Shown: positions 1 through 7,948 of the stretch, in pieces
Numbering within the stretch: position 1 is the stretch's first letter
Layout of the letters: every line of letters starts with the position of its first letter
Virus record (IMG/VR): IMGVR_UViG_3300046513_000221
Location: 186,001 to 250,000 of that record
DNA length: 64,000 nt
Strand: one strand, 5' to 3'
The notes under the pieces: model-generated
The model's database searches: none
What the model saw: only the letters and a program-made list of their open reading frames with translations
What the model was told of the DNA's origin: nothing
Made by a program: the position numbers and the translations under genes

Positions 1-2
1 CT

Positions 3-329
3 GTGGTTCCCGGCAATCCGTATTACAACCCGACGATTCCGGGTACCTCGAACTACAATCCGACGATTCCGGGTACTGCGAACTACAACCCTGTGGTTCC
101 CGGCACCTCGAACTACAACCCTGTGGTTCCCGGCACCTCGAACTACAACCCTGTGTCTCCGGGCACTCCAGTCGGCAGCAACTCGGCCCTTGGTGTGTCG
201 TTCCCCGGTGGCGCTGGCGACTCGCTGGCTCCGGTGGTCGGTGATACGATCGTACGTGTAGCATACGCGGCGGTTGGTGTTCCCGTCAGTGTTCCATCCG
301 GTGGCTTCGTGACGGTGAAAGAGAAGTAA
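3..329 (+). CDS. Pro/Gly/Asn/Thr-repeat fibre-like protein, 3' part (5' end outside window); paralog of 419-1654
   Basis: 10-aa repeats YNP(T/V)(I/V)PGT(S/A)N; C-terminus LGVSFPGG...VSVPSGGFVTVKEK nearly identical to that of the next gene. Confidence 0.7.
   Translation: MVPGNPYYNPTIPGTSNYNPTIPGTANYNPVVPGTSNYNPVVPGTSNYNPVSPGTPVGSNSALGVSFPGGAGDSLAPVVGDTIVRVAYAAVGVPVSVPSGGFVTVKEK
81..155 (+). repeat. Exact 30-nt coding tandem repeat (2.5 copies) within a longer degenerate 30-nt array (about 20-160)
   Basis: aactacaaccctgtggttcccggcacctcg at 81-110 and 111-140, partial copy 141-155. Confidence 0.95.
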
Positions 330-349
330 CCGTAGAGAAGTAAAAAGTC

Positions 350-380
350 TCCCGAAGAGGTCTACACGATCTCTTCGGGA
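350..380. terminator. Hairpin, probable terminator
   Basis: TCCCGAAGAG (350-359) / CTCTTCGGGA (371-380), preceded by an A-rich tract. Confidence 0.6.
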
Positions 381-393
381 AACACATAAATAA
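381..393 (+). promoter_or_regulatory. Putative late promoter AACA-N6-TAA
   Basis: AACA CATAAA TAA, 26 nt upstream of ATG 419. Confidence 0.65.
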
Positions 394-418
394 CGATTAA
401 CCTTCCTCGGAATTTATT

Positions 419-1654
419 ATGGGCATGCTTCATAACAAACTTCGTCGGGAGCGCACCAATGCAGCCGTTAAAGTAGCAACGCAGACATTCAACGCTCCAG
501 GCGTGTACAAACCTCCTTTCGGAAAAGCCGTTCTGACCATTTCTGGTCGCGGTGCTTCTGGAAACCCCACGACCGGTGGCGGTATCGATGGCTATAATCC
601 CGATTCTCCCGGCACTGTCAGCGGCAGTAACCCTTTGGTACCCGGCACTGTCAGCGGCTATGGTACTCCAGTTACTGGTAATGCATCGTACAACCCGACA
701 ATCCCCGGCAATGTTTCTGGTACGAACCCTAGTACCGGTGGCAACTACGCCAACACGAACCCGACAATCCCCGGCAATGTCGCTGGCACGAACCCGACAA
801 CTGGCCACACGGTGAGCGGGTACAACCCGACAACTGGCGGTAACACCTCATACAACCCTGTAACTTCTGTTCCGGGTAATACCAACCCTACCACCTACAA
901 TCCTGCGTACACGAACCCGCCAACAACGGTTCCCGGCACCACGAACCCCGGCACGTACGTTGCAGCTTATACGAACCCCGGCTGGTGGGATGAGAGTCTA
1001 TTCTACAACAGCCAGCTCCAGTGTCCGTACGGCTGGACATTTGAAGGATATGAGGACACCGTGCCTACTTCGGTTCGCTGTTCTACTGTGCATCCGGGTA
1101 ACACGGTTCCGGCATCATTTACTCCGGGCAACACGAATTCTAGCACCACCACTCCGGGTAACGCAGTGCCATCGACGGCTGTCCCCGGCACCACGAACCC
1201 TACCACCTATACTCCGGGCAACGCGTACACTAACCCGACATCGGGTGGCAATCCGATCTACAATCCGACGATCCCCGGCAATCCGTACTACAACCCAACA
1301 ACCGGTGGCAATTCGAACTACAACGCTGTAATTCCGGGCAATTCGATCTACAACCCAACCACCGGTGGCAATGTCTTCTACAACCCACCTACTCCGGGTC
1401 CAGCACAGTACAACCCGACGATCCCATCGACGTCTAACTACAACCCGACGATCCCCGGTAATGCTAACTACGGTCCTATGACTCCGGGCAATGCGGCGGC
1501 TCCAACTGTTGTACTTGGCATCACCTTTCCCGGTGGAGCGGCCGACACGGTTGCTGGTGCTGTTGCAGACACGCAGGTTCGCCTCTCGTATTCGGAGATC
1601 GGCACACCGATCTCGGTGCCATCAGGTGGCTTCGTGACCATCAAGGAGAAATAG
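419..1654 (+). CDS. Pro/Gly/Asn/Thr-repeat fibre/adhesin-like virion protein with glycine-rich-domain-like termini
   Basis: N-terminal TQTFNAPGVY..PFG..LTISGRGASG; many 10-aa YNPTxPGN repeats; central unique Cys-containing loop; C-terminus shared with the upstream paralog. Confidence 0.65.
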   Translation: MGMLHNKLRRERTNAAVKVATQTFNAPGVYKPPFGKAVLTISGRGASGNPTTGGGIDGYNPDSPGTVSGSNPLVPGTVSGYGTPVTGNASYNPTIPGNVSGTNPSTGGNYANTNPTIPGNVAGTNPTTGHTVSGYNPTTGGNTSYNPVTSVPGNTNPTTYNPAYTNPPTTVPGTTNPGTYVAAYTNPGWWDESLFYNSQLQCPYGWTFEGYEDTVPTSVRCSTVHPGNTVPASFTPGNTNSSTTTPGNAVPSTAVPGTTNPTTYTPGNAYTNPTSGGNPIYNPTIPGNPYYNPTTGGNSNYNAVIPGNSIYNPTTGGNVFYNPPTPGPAQYNPTIPSTSNYNPTIPGNANYGPMTPGNAAAPTVVLGITFPGGAADTVAGAVADTQVRLSYSEIGTPISVPSGGFVTIKEK

Positions 1655-1684
1655 ACTGAGTGCGTTCCTCTAGGAATAGCATGG

Positions 1685-1716
1685 GCCTTCCCCGGTATCG
1701 GACGCTCGGGGAAGGC
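1685..1716. terminator. GC-rich hairpin
   Basis: GCCTTCCCCG / CGGGGAAGGC inverted repeat. Confidence 0.55.
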
Positions 1717-1790
1717 AACAGTGTATTTAGATAAAACTAGAATCGCGGTAATCCCGCCGCGATTCGTCGAACTTGAAAAGAGAAATCATC

Positions 1791-2381
1791 ATGCATTACC
1801 CAATTCCGCAGTTCATTCCTCCTACCGAGAACTTCCGTTTCTGGGAAGGTGGCTTCAGTCCCGAAGAGCTGGACCGCATCATCGAGATCGCGGAGCGATT
1901 CGACTTCACGCCGGGTTCGGTTGGCAACGGCATGATCAACGAAGAAGTTCGTGATTCCAAAATCACGTGGATCCATCTGGAGGAAGAGACTCGCTGGATC
2001 CACGATCGCCTTGCCGCGATCTCCTCGAAGATCAACTTCTACCACTTCGGTTTCGATCTGGACGTGGTTGACGGTCTGCAGTACACCAAATACAATTCGG
2101 ACAAGAAGCAGCACTACCGCTGGCACACCGACAACTATATCGGTCGCGAGGGCTACCAGCGCAAGCTGTCCTGCACGCTGATGCTGACCGAACCTGACCA
2201 GTACGAAGGCGGCGAGCTGCTGCTGAACACCAACGGCAATCAGGACCAGCCGGATTCCTTCAAGCCGAAGCGCGGCGACATCATCTTCTTCCGCTCGCAT
2301 CTGCCGCATCAGGTATCTCCTGTCACCGCTGGCGAGCGCGTAAGCCTCGTGACGTGGTTCCTCGGTCCACGTACTCGCTAA
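1791..2381 (+). CDS. 2OG-Fe(II) oxygenase (prolyl-hydroxylase/PKHD-like)
   Basis: HxD (WHTD), distal His (LPHQV), RxS (ERVS), RKLS and YEGGEL motifs; ATG 1791 preferred over TTG 1773. Confidence 0.9.
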   Translation: MHYPIPQFIPPTENFRFWEGGFSPEELDRIIEIAERFDFTPGSVGNGMINEEVRDSKITWIHLEEETRWIHDRLAAISSKINFYHFGFDLDVVDGLQYTKYNSDKKQHYRWHTDNYIGREGYQRKLSCTLMLTEPDQYEGGELLLNTNGNQDQPDSFKPKRGDIIFFRSHLPHQVSPVTAGERVSLVTWFLGPRTR

Positions 2382-2394
2382 GAAGGAGAGCAGT

Positions 2395-3162
2395 ATGATT
2401 CGCGAAATTATGGATCGTCTGGCCTTCATTGCGAAGCGCAACAAAGACGAAGACGCACCGATTATCGAGTTCCTGTGCGACCCGAACGACTGGGGCGTCC
2501 TCCCCGAACCCGTACCGGCGATCAAAATGATTCCGGACTGGTTCAAGAAGATCAAGCCGAATGCGCCCGACAGCGCCGGTCGCGACCAGTTCAACGGCAA
2601 GGTGATGACCGCCAAGAAGTGCATGCCACTGCTGGACGGCATGGCCGCTGGCTACATCATGCCACTATTCGGCGATCTGCATGTCACGACCAACGAGAAC
2701 AACCGCATCATCAAGCTGCATAACAACATGTACGGTCATGCTGGCGACCTGCACTCGTTGGACCAGCTGGGCGGCAAGACCAGCCCGACCTATCCGGGTC
2801 CGGCAGTGAAGTTCATCAACCGCTGGGTCATCAAGACCAAGCCGGGTTACTCGACATTGTTCATCCCACCGATGAACCACATCGAGAAGCGCTTCACCTG
2901 TCTGGCCGCGATCGTGGACACCGACACGTATCCGAAGAAGGTCAACTTCCCGGCTGTGTGGCACGCTGCCGACTACGACGGCTTCGTCGAGGCCGGTACG
3001 CCGCTGGTGACCGCCATCCCCGTCCGTCGCGCCGATCTGGCTAAGGCAGGTATCATCCGCAAGATGACTCCAGCCGAGATGGCCGAGGAACATCGCATCG
3101 AGAAGTGCCAGCATGCGCAGTTGCACTACTACACCGACCATCTGCGGGAACCTCGCAAATGA
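2395..3162 (+). CDS. Conserved phage protein with degenerate dUTPase-like beta fold; paralog of 3159-3917
   Basis: PDWFKK..KKCMPLLDGMAAGY, TKPGYSTL, IVDTDTY..VNFP, AGTPLVTAIP; RBS AAGGAG. Confidence 0.55.
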   Translation: MIREIMDRLAFIAKRNKDEDAPIIEFLCDPNDWGVLPEPVPAIKMIPDWFKKIKPNAPDSAGRDQFNGKVMTAKKCMPLLDGMAAGYIMPLFGDLHVTTNENNRIIKLHNNMYGHAGDLHSLDQLGGKTSPTYPGPAVKFINRWVIKTKPGYSTLFIPPMNHIEKRFTCLAAIVDTDTYPKKVNFPAVWHAADYDGFVEAGTPLVTAIPVRRADLAKAGIIRKMTPAEMAEEHRIEKCQHAQLHYYTDHLREPRK

Positions 3163-3917
3163 GTATCCTCGACAGCCTGAAGAAGCTGGCGAAGGGGCTG
3201 AAGAAGCCCCACATCCGCTTCAAGTGCCACACAGGTGGCTACTACACGTCGCAGCCGGTGGTACTGGCACGATCGATTCTTCCCTACTGGCTGAAGAAGC
3301 AGATTCAGGCCAAGGAAGTGAAGTTCGTCCGGTGTCCGGGGATGCATGACCTTGCACAGCAGGGTTACCTCATCGTCGCACATGCAGACATTCACATCAA
3401 GGCCAACCGTCAGGTGACGCTGGTCGATGTACACGGCATTCCGGACAGCCTGAAGCCGCAGCCTATGGGCTACGATGTCGTGGACGGGCTTGCCCCGATC
3501 CGTGGCAACGTCGCAAAGAAAGTCACGAAGATCCCACTTCCGTGGTGCATCTTCACCGCTCCGGGTTATTCGGCTCACGTTCTCCCGGCGGTAAAGCACT
3601 CCCCATTCCTCGACAAGCTGTTCGTGTACGGAGGCGAGGTTGACTACGAGGGCTTCCACGTAGTCAACTTCATCTTCACCGCGATGGAGGAATGCGAGTT
3701 CACGATCCCTGCAGGAACCCCGCTGCTTCAGGTAATCCCCTTCAAGCGCGAGGACTTCCATGCCGAGGTCGGGAAGGCAACCGAGCTGGAACACGACCAG
3801 CATCGCTTCGCCTTCACATCCCGTGTGGTAGGTGCGTACCGTCGCATGTACCATGTCAAGAAACTTTTCACTATCAGGAACCAAAATGAGCGTGCTTTTC
3901 CACGTAAACAAAGCTGA
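3159..3917 (+). CDS. Paralog of 2395-3162 (degenerate dUTPase-like fold)
   Basis: ATGA overlap with previous stop; PYWLKK..RCPGMHD..GY, TAPGYSA, EVDYEGF..VNF, AGTPLLQVIPFKR. Confidence 0.55.
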   Translation: MSILDSLKKLAKGLKKPHIRFKCHTGGYYTSQPVVLARSILPYWLKKQIQAKEVKFVRCPGMHDLAQQGYLIVAHADIHIKANRQVTLVDVHGIPDSLKPQPMGYDVVDGLAPIRGNVAKKVTKIPLPWCIFTAPGYSAHVLPAVKHSPFLDKLFVYGGEVDYEGFHVVNFIFTAMEECEFTIPAGTPLLQVIPFKREDFHAEVGKATELEHDQHRFAFTSRVVGAYRRMYHVKKLFTIRNQNERAFPRKQS

Positions 3918-4335
3918 CAAGACCGTCTTCTTCGCAGGTCGTCAGCCAGAGACTGTCGGTACCACTATCACCGGCTTCAAGGACATGCCTTACGCGGAGA
4001 TCATGGATCTCGGCTATCTGGGTCTGCCCAACGAGGGCTTCCTGACCGAACAGGACGCACTGACCGCTGGCATCCCGGCGTCGGAAGTCCAGCGCATGAA
4101 GGATCTGGCCTACGAACTGGAGTGGACTCGCTTCAGCGAGCAGCGCGAGACGCTGATCACCGCCGTCCGCTGGCGCACCGACCGCCACAACGACGAAATC
4201 GCTCTGGACCGCGAGCCGAGCGAGGACATCACCCCTGTCCTGAACTACATTCAGGCACTGCGTGACCTGACCACGGCCTTCACCGATCCGTTCGAGATCG
4301 TGTGGCCGCAGGTACCGGCACTGCCGACCGCGTAA
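3886..4335 (+). CDS. Tail fibre assembly chaperone
   Basis: C-terminal YIQALRDL...IVWPQVP signature of phage tail-fibre chaperones; ATG 3886 with AGGA RBS. Confidence 0.75.
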   Translation: MSVLFHVNKADKTVFFAGRQPETVGTTITGFKDMPYAEIMDLGYLGLPNEGFLTEQDALTAGIPASEVQRMKDLAYELEWTRFSEQRETLITAVRWRTDRHNDEIALDREPSEDITPVLNYIQALRDLTTAFTDPFEIVWPQVPALPTA

Positions 4336-4341
4336 TATGAT

Positions 4342-4380
4342 ACCCATTGGACGTTCATTCGTCCAATGGGTCTTCTTATT
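4342..4380 (+). terminator. Rho-independent terminator
   Basis: 12-bp stem ACCCATTGGACG / CGTCCAATGGGT followed by a T-rich tract. Confidence 0.8.
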
Positions 4381-4384
4381 TGCC

Positions 4385-4397
4385 AACAGGGAAATAG
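4385..4397 (+). promoter_or_regulatory. Putative late promoter AACA-N6-TAG
   Basis: AACA GGGAAA TAG upstream of ATG 4413. Confidence 0.65.
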
Positions 4398-4412
4398 AAT
4401 CCGCCCCAAACA

Positions 4413-4934
4413 ATGGAGGAAAAATTGGCTGATAAACAAGTGAAAATATTCGTAGTCTTTAACCATGACTACATTCTCGGTAAGCTCACAAAATTCTTCA
4501 CCGGCTGCTATGCATATCACGCCGGATTTGTGGTGTTGGAAAGCGATGCTATCTATGACATGGGATGGCTGTGGCGAAAGATCAAGTACAGCGGCAAGTA
4601 CACCGACAAGCAGATCGTACTGTTCGATTTACCGGAAGGTGTTATCTTGACCGAGCAGGATTTGCTGGATGAAGTGATCAAGGGTGTTGCTGAGTTCAGT
4701 AACAACCAATTCAGTAACAGCCTCTACGGCTTCATGGACTACGTCGGCTTCCTGCTGCGTCCGTTCTACCACCTCGTAGGCAAGCCAACCCGCAACTTCG
4801 GCGGTAAGATCTGCACCGAGAAGATGAATGATATCCTTGTGGCCCACGGCTGGAAGGATTCGCCGTTCAATGAGGAAGTGCCTAGCCCGTGTGACTACGT
4901 GCGAGCCTTCAACATAGCGGATCCAAGCAACTAA
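4413..4934 (+). CDS. Permuted papain-like (YiiX/YaeF-type NlpC/P60) hydrolase-like protein
   Basis: His before Cys: YHAGFV ... YGF ... ICTEK ... PSPCD. Confidence 0.5.
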   Translation: MEEKLADKQVKIFVVFNHDYILGKLTKFFTGCYAYHAGFVVLESDAIYDMGWLWRKIKYSGKYTDKQIVLFDLPEGVILTEQDLLDEVIKGVAEFSNNQFSNSLYGFMDYVGFLLRPFYHLVGKPTRNFGGKICTEKMNDILVAHGWKDSPFNEEVPSPCDYVRAFNIADPSN

Positions 4935-4943
4935 GGAATCAAA

Positions 4944-5183
4944 ATGTACTCAAACGTAAAAATGAAGATGAGCGATGTACCGGGAAAGGTTCCAACTCTG
5001 GAAGACCTTGACTTCGGTGAGATCGCTATCAACACTAGCGATGGATTGATGTTCTTCCGTCGTCGCGACGTCAATGGCGTCGATACAATCGTGATCGTCG
5101 GAGGTGCCAATCGTGGTGCTTCCGGCGACCTCAACACGACGAGCGACTCGATGGTCGCTCTGATCTACACCGGTTTGCAATAA
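4944..5183 (+). CDS. Stand-alone tail-fibre N-terminal attachment-like module
   Basis: SDVPGKVPTLEDLDFGEIAINTSDGLMF resembles the conserved N-terminus of many phage fibres (P....L..GE.A.NT.DG..F). Confidence 0.55.
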   Translation: MYSNVKMKMSDVPGKVPTLEDLDFGEIAINTSDGLMFFRRRDVNGVDTIVIVGGANRGASGDLNTTSDSMVALIYTGLQ

Positions 5184-5196
5184 GAAAGGAATCAAT

Positions 5197-6825
5197 ATGG
5201 CACTCCCAACCACTATCGGTCAGGCCCGTAACGGCAACTTGACCGCGATGAAGGCTCAGATCTTGCAGATCGATCCTACCACTGCCGGTCCTACCGAGCT
5301 GGTCAATCAGGCATCCCTGATGGCTCTGTACGGTCGTATTCAAGACTCCCTCTTCATCGATCTCGGTGACCCGACTTCGCTTGGCGATATCTCCAGTGGC
5401 GACTTGTCGTCCTTCCTGTCGAATATTAATAGCCTCGCAGACTTCAACGCACGCCTGAGCGACCAGACATGGTGCAACCTGCTGACCGGCAACGTCGGAG
5501 CTATGGCTACCGTATCCGGTTCCGTTACCGCTGTGACTGCATTGATCGCTGCACCAAAGGCTCTTACCGCCGCTTTAGCATCTAACGTCGCAATGACTGC
5601 GCTTATGGCTTCCAACGTATCCGTTTCGGTATTCGTTGGATCGTCGTCAGCTATGTCTTCGCTTGCAGCTTCGGTCACCGCATCGAACGCGATGGTAGCA
5701 TCGGTTACCATGATGAATGCTGTTGCAACTTCTGCGGTCTCCCGTACCGCGATCGGCAACGGTAGCGTCCAAAATGCTGGTTTCACGGCTATTGCCGCCT
5801 CTTCAATGGCTCTAGCTAAGTACGCCATTGGTCAAGCCGCTAATGCGTCCGGCGTTACCGATCCTTCGGCGTATGCCGATCTGACGGCTGTAACTGCATT
5901 GAGTTCGAGCCAGCATACGACATTCGCAACTAGCTATAGCGCTATCTACACCGTTCTCTCTAACTCGGCAGTTGGTATGGCCGCGTTGGTTGCATCGGTG
6001 GGCTTCATCACTTACGCCGGATCTCTGAGTGTTGCAAACAGCGTTAACAACGCTATGACTGCCTCGCAGTACAAAGTGGGTGCGTATCTGGACAAGATTC
6101 GCACTCAGATCGGCGGAGTGGGTAGCAACGCGAACCTCGCGGCTGCGAACACTGTAGCTCAGATCTCGGCGCTTGCGGCGGCTGATCTTACTGCCCTCTT
6201 CAGTGTAACTCAGGCTCGCCTGAACGTTCTGATCTCAGTCAGTGCGATGACAACTTTAGCAGCATCCGCTAACGCGATGGCAGTTCTGACCGCCAATTCT
6301 TCCTACATGACCACTGTGTGGAGTGTGGTTTCTGCAGCAACCATCATGTTCCAGAATACTGCTTCTCGCCAAGCAATGTGGACCAACGATCTGGCTTCGC
6401 TTGCTACTCTGCAAGCAAATCCAGCCACGGTCCAAGCTCTAATCAGTGCTAACGTATTCTCCAAGTTCATCTCGACCACTATCCCTCAGAAGATGACTGC
6501 CACGGGAGTCAAGACGATCCTGATCCGTCGATTCTACGGTACGAACGCAGGTGCGAGCGGTGATGAGTACGAATACATCAGCTACAAAAAGACTGGTGAT
6601 GGCGTAACCACAGGTGTGGGTAACGGGGTCTTCTCTCCGGATGGAACCCGTGGTCTCGCCCCCGGCAATTTAAGCACCGGTACTGTCGCCGGTGTTTATA
6701 CCAGTAATGGTGTTCGCCCCATTACTGACGATACCAGTGCAAATTTCGTCGCAGCGGCAAACGGTCTGGAACGTACTTCGTGGGCATACGGCCAGAACAT
6801 GACTGTCTACTACATCGCAGCATAA
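5197..6825 (+). CDS. Ala/Ser-rich helical-repeat tail fibre / receptor-binding protein candidate
   Basis: About 11-aa pseudo-repeats (ASxxAMxAL), beta-rich C-terminal tip, flanked by fibre chaperones; third-position GC visibly lower than core genes. Confidence 0.55.
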   Translation: MALPTTIGQARNGNLTAMKAQILQIDPTTAGPTELVNQASLMALYGRIQDSLFIDLGDPTSLGDISSGDLSSFLSNINSLADFNARLSDQTWCNLLTGNVGAMATVSGSVTAVTALIAAPKALTAALASNVAMTALMASNVSVSVFVGSSSAMSSLAASVTASNAMVASVTMMNAVATSAVSRTAIGNGSVQNAGFTAIAASSMALAKYAIGQAANASGVTDPSAYADLTAVTALSSSQHTTFATSYSAIYTVLSNSAVGMAALVASVGFITYAGSLSVANSVNNAMTASQYKVGAYLDKIRTQIGGVGSNANLAAANTVAQISALAAADLTALFSVTQARLNVLISVSAMTTLAASANAMAVLTANSSYMTTVWSVVSAATIMFQNTASRQAMWTNDLASLATLQANPATVQALISANVFSKFISTTIPQKMTATGVKTILIRRFYGTNAGASGDEYEYISYKKTGDGVTTGVGNGVFSPDGTRGLAPGNLSTGTVAGVYTSNGVRPITDDTSANFVAAANGLERTSWAYGQNMTVYYIAA

Positions 6826-6837
6826 CGAAAGAGAAAT

Positions 6838-7491
6838 ATGAAAATTGTAATCGACAAACTGACTAACAAAATCGTCGGTCTGACCTCCGCAGAGTTCGTT
6901 ACCGATGATCACAAGCTGATGGAATACCCTGCCAATTTCATCGAGTCCGAGCTGGATCTCTGGTACTTCGATGGTGAGAACTTGCTGCGTGACGCCAGTA
7001 AGGTACTGGTAATCGCCAAGGCGGAACGCAAGATCATCGTCAAGAAGGAAGCGGCGCAGCTGATTGCCGCCACTGACTGGAAGCTGTCGCGTGCCAAGGA
7101 ACGCCAGACTGCCGGGTGGGGATCCCTCGCCGAGATCGATGCGGTTCTGACCGAACGCGAGGCCATTCGTCGCTCCAGCGATATCGCAGAGCATGCCATC
7201 GATGCTCTGGAAACGGCATATCAGGCCGAGATGTTCCAGTGGAGTGTCACCGTCGCCGTCGCCGCCCCGAAGCGTCTGACCCACGTTGACTTCATGAAGC
7301 GCTTCTCCGACGACGAGATCGAGTCCGTTCTGGAAGCCGCCAAGACCAACGCGGCGTTGAACGCCTTCTGGGAGAAGTTCCGTCTGGCCGGTGACGTCAA
7401 CCTGCTGGATCCGATGACCATCGCCGGTGTTCAGGCTCTGGAGATCGCCACCATCCTGAATCCGGGACGTGCGGAAGAGATCCTCGCCTAA
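6838..7491 (+). CDS. Tail fibre assembly protein-like
   Basis: IAATDWK...R.AIR.S and C-terminal F..RFSDDE...VNLLDP.T.AGVQAL......GRAEEIL, typical of fibre-associated chaperones. Confidence 0.6.
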   Translation: MKIVIDKLTNKIVGLTSAEFVTDDHKLMEYPANFIESELDLWYFDGENLLRDASKVLVIAKAERKIIVKKEAAQLIAATDWKLSRAKERQTAGWGSLAEIDAVLTEREAIRRSSDIAEHAIDALETAYQAEMFQWSVTVAVAAPKRLTHVDFMKRFSDDEIESVLEAAKTNAALNAFWEKFRLAGDVNLLDPMTIAGVQALEIATILNPGRAEEILA

Positions 7492-7538
7492 AAAAAAAAG
7501 AACCCCTAGTGACCGTGAAGGCCACTAGGGGATTTCTT
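7491..7538. terminator. Bidirectional terminator
   Basis: A-run, CCCCTAGTG / CACTAGGGG stem, then ATTTCTTT, between convergent genes. Confidence 0.85.
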
Positions 7539-7843
7539 TAGACTGCTGCATGGTTCGCTGAGCTTGTCAGTTCGAGCTGACCAGTACGGCAGTCGAGGTT
7601 GAGGTGGCTCTTCGCCATCTTTCTCATGACTCCGGGTTCCGTGTAACCGGTCTCCCAGATGGAAAGCGAATCGTAGAATACAAACGAGTTCGTCACATGA
7701 ACCACACGAATCGAGAACCCGACAGGCTTTGCCACTCGGGTTCCCCTATCTGTGCGGATAGGATAAGGATTTATGTACTCTTCGGGGAGTGGAGCACTGT
7801 AGGTGTCTCCGATCCTCGGCTCCCTACATCCGCATGGTTGCAT
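7538..7843 (-). CDS. Hypothetical protein
   Basis: GGAGG RBS before ATG; ends at the terminator; no motif recognised. Confidence 0.45.
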   Translation of the reverse strand: MQPCGCREPRIGDTYSAPLPEEYINPYPIRTDRGTRVAKPVGFSIRVVHVTNSFVFYDSLSIWETGYTEPGVMRKMAKSHLNLDCRTGQLELTSSANHAAV

Positions 7844-7948
7844 GGCCCCTCCGTTCAGGGTTTCCGAGCAGCCAGCGACGAGTTAGCGACGTGGTTCACG
7901 CCAAAAATCATATACTTCCTGCTGGTTGTAGTTGAGAAATGGTCCAGA

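Noticed and set aside
20-1500. 30-nt repeats as a CRISPR array
   Set aside because: Repeats are contiguous with no unique spacers and encode in-frame peptide repeats; no cas genes
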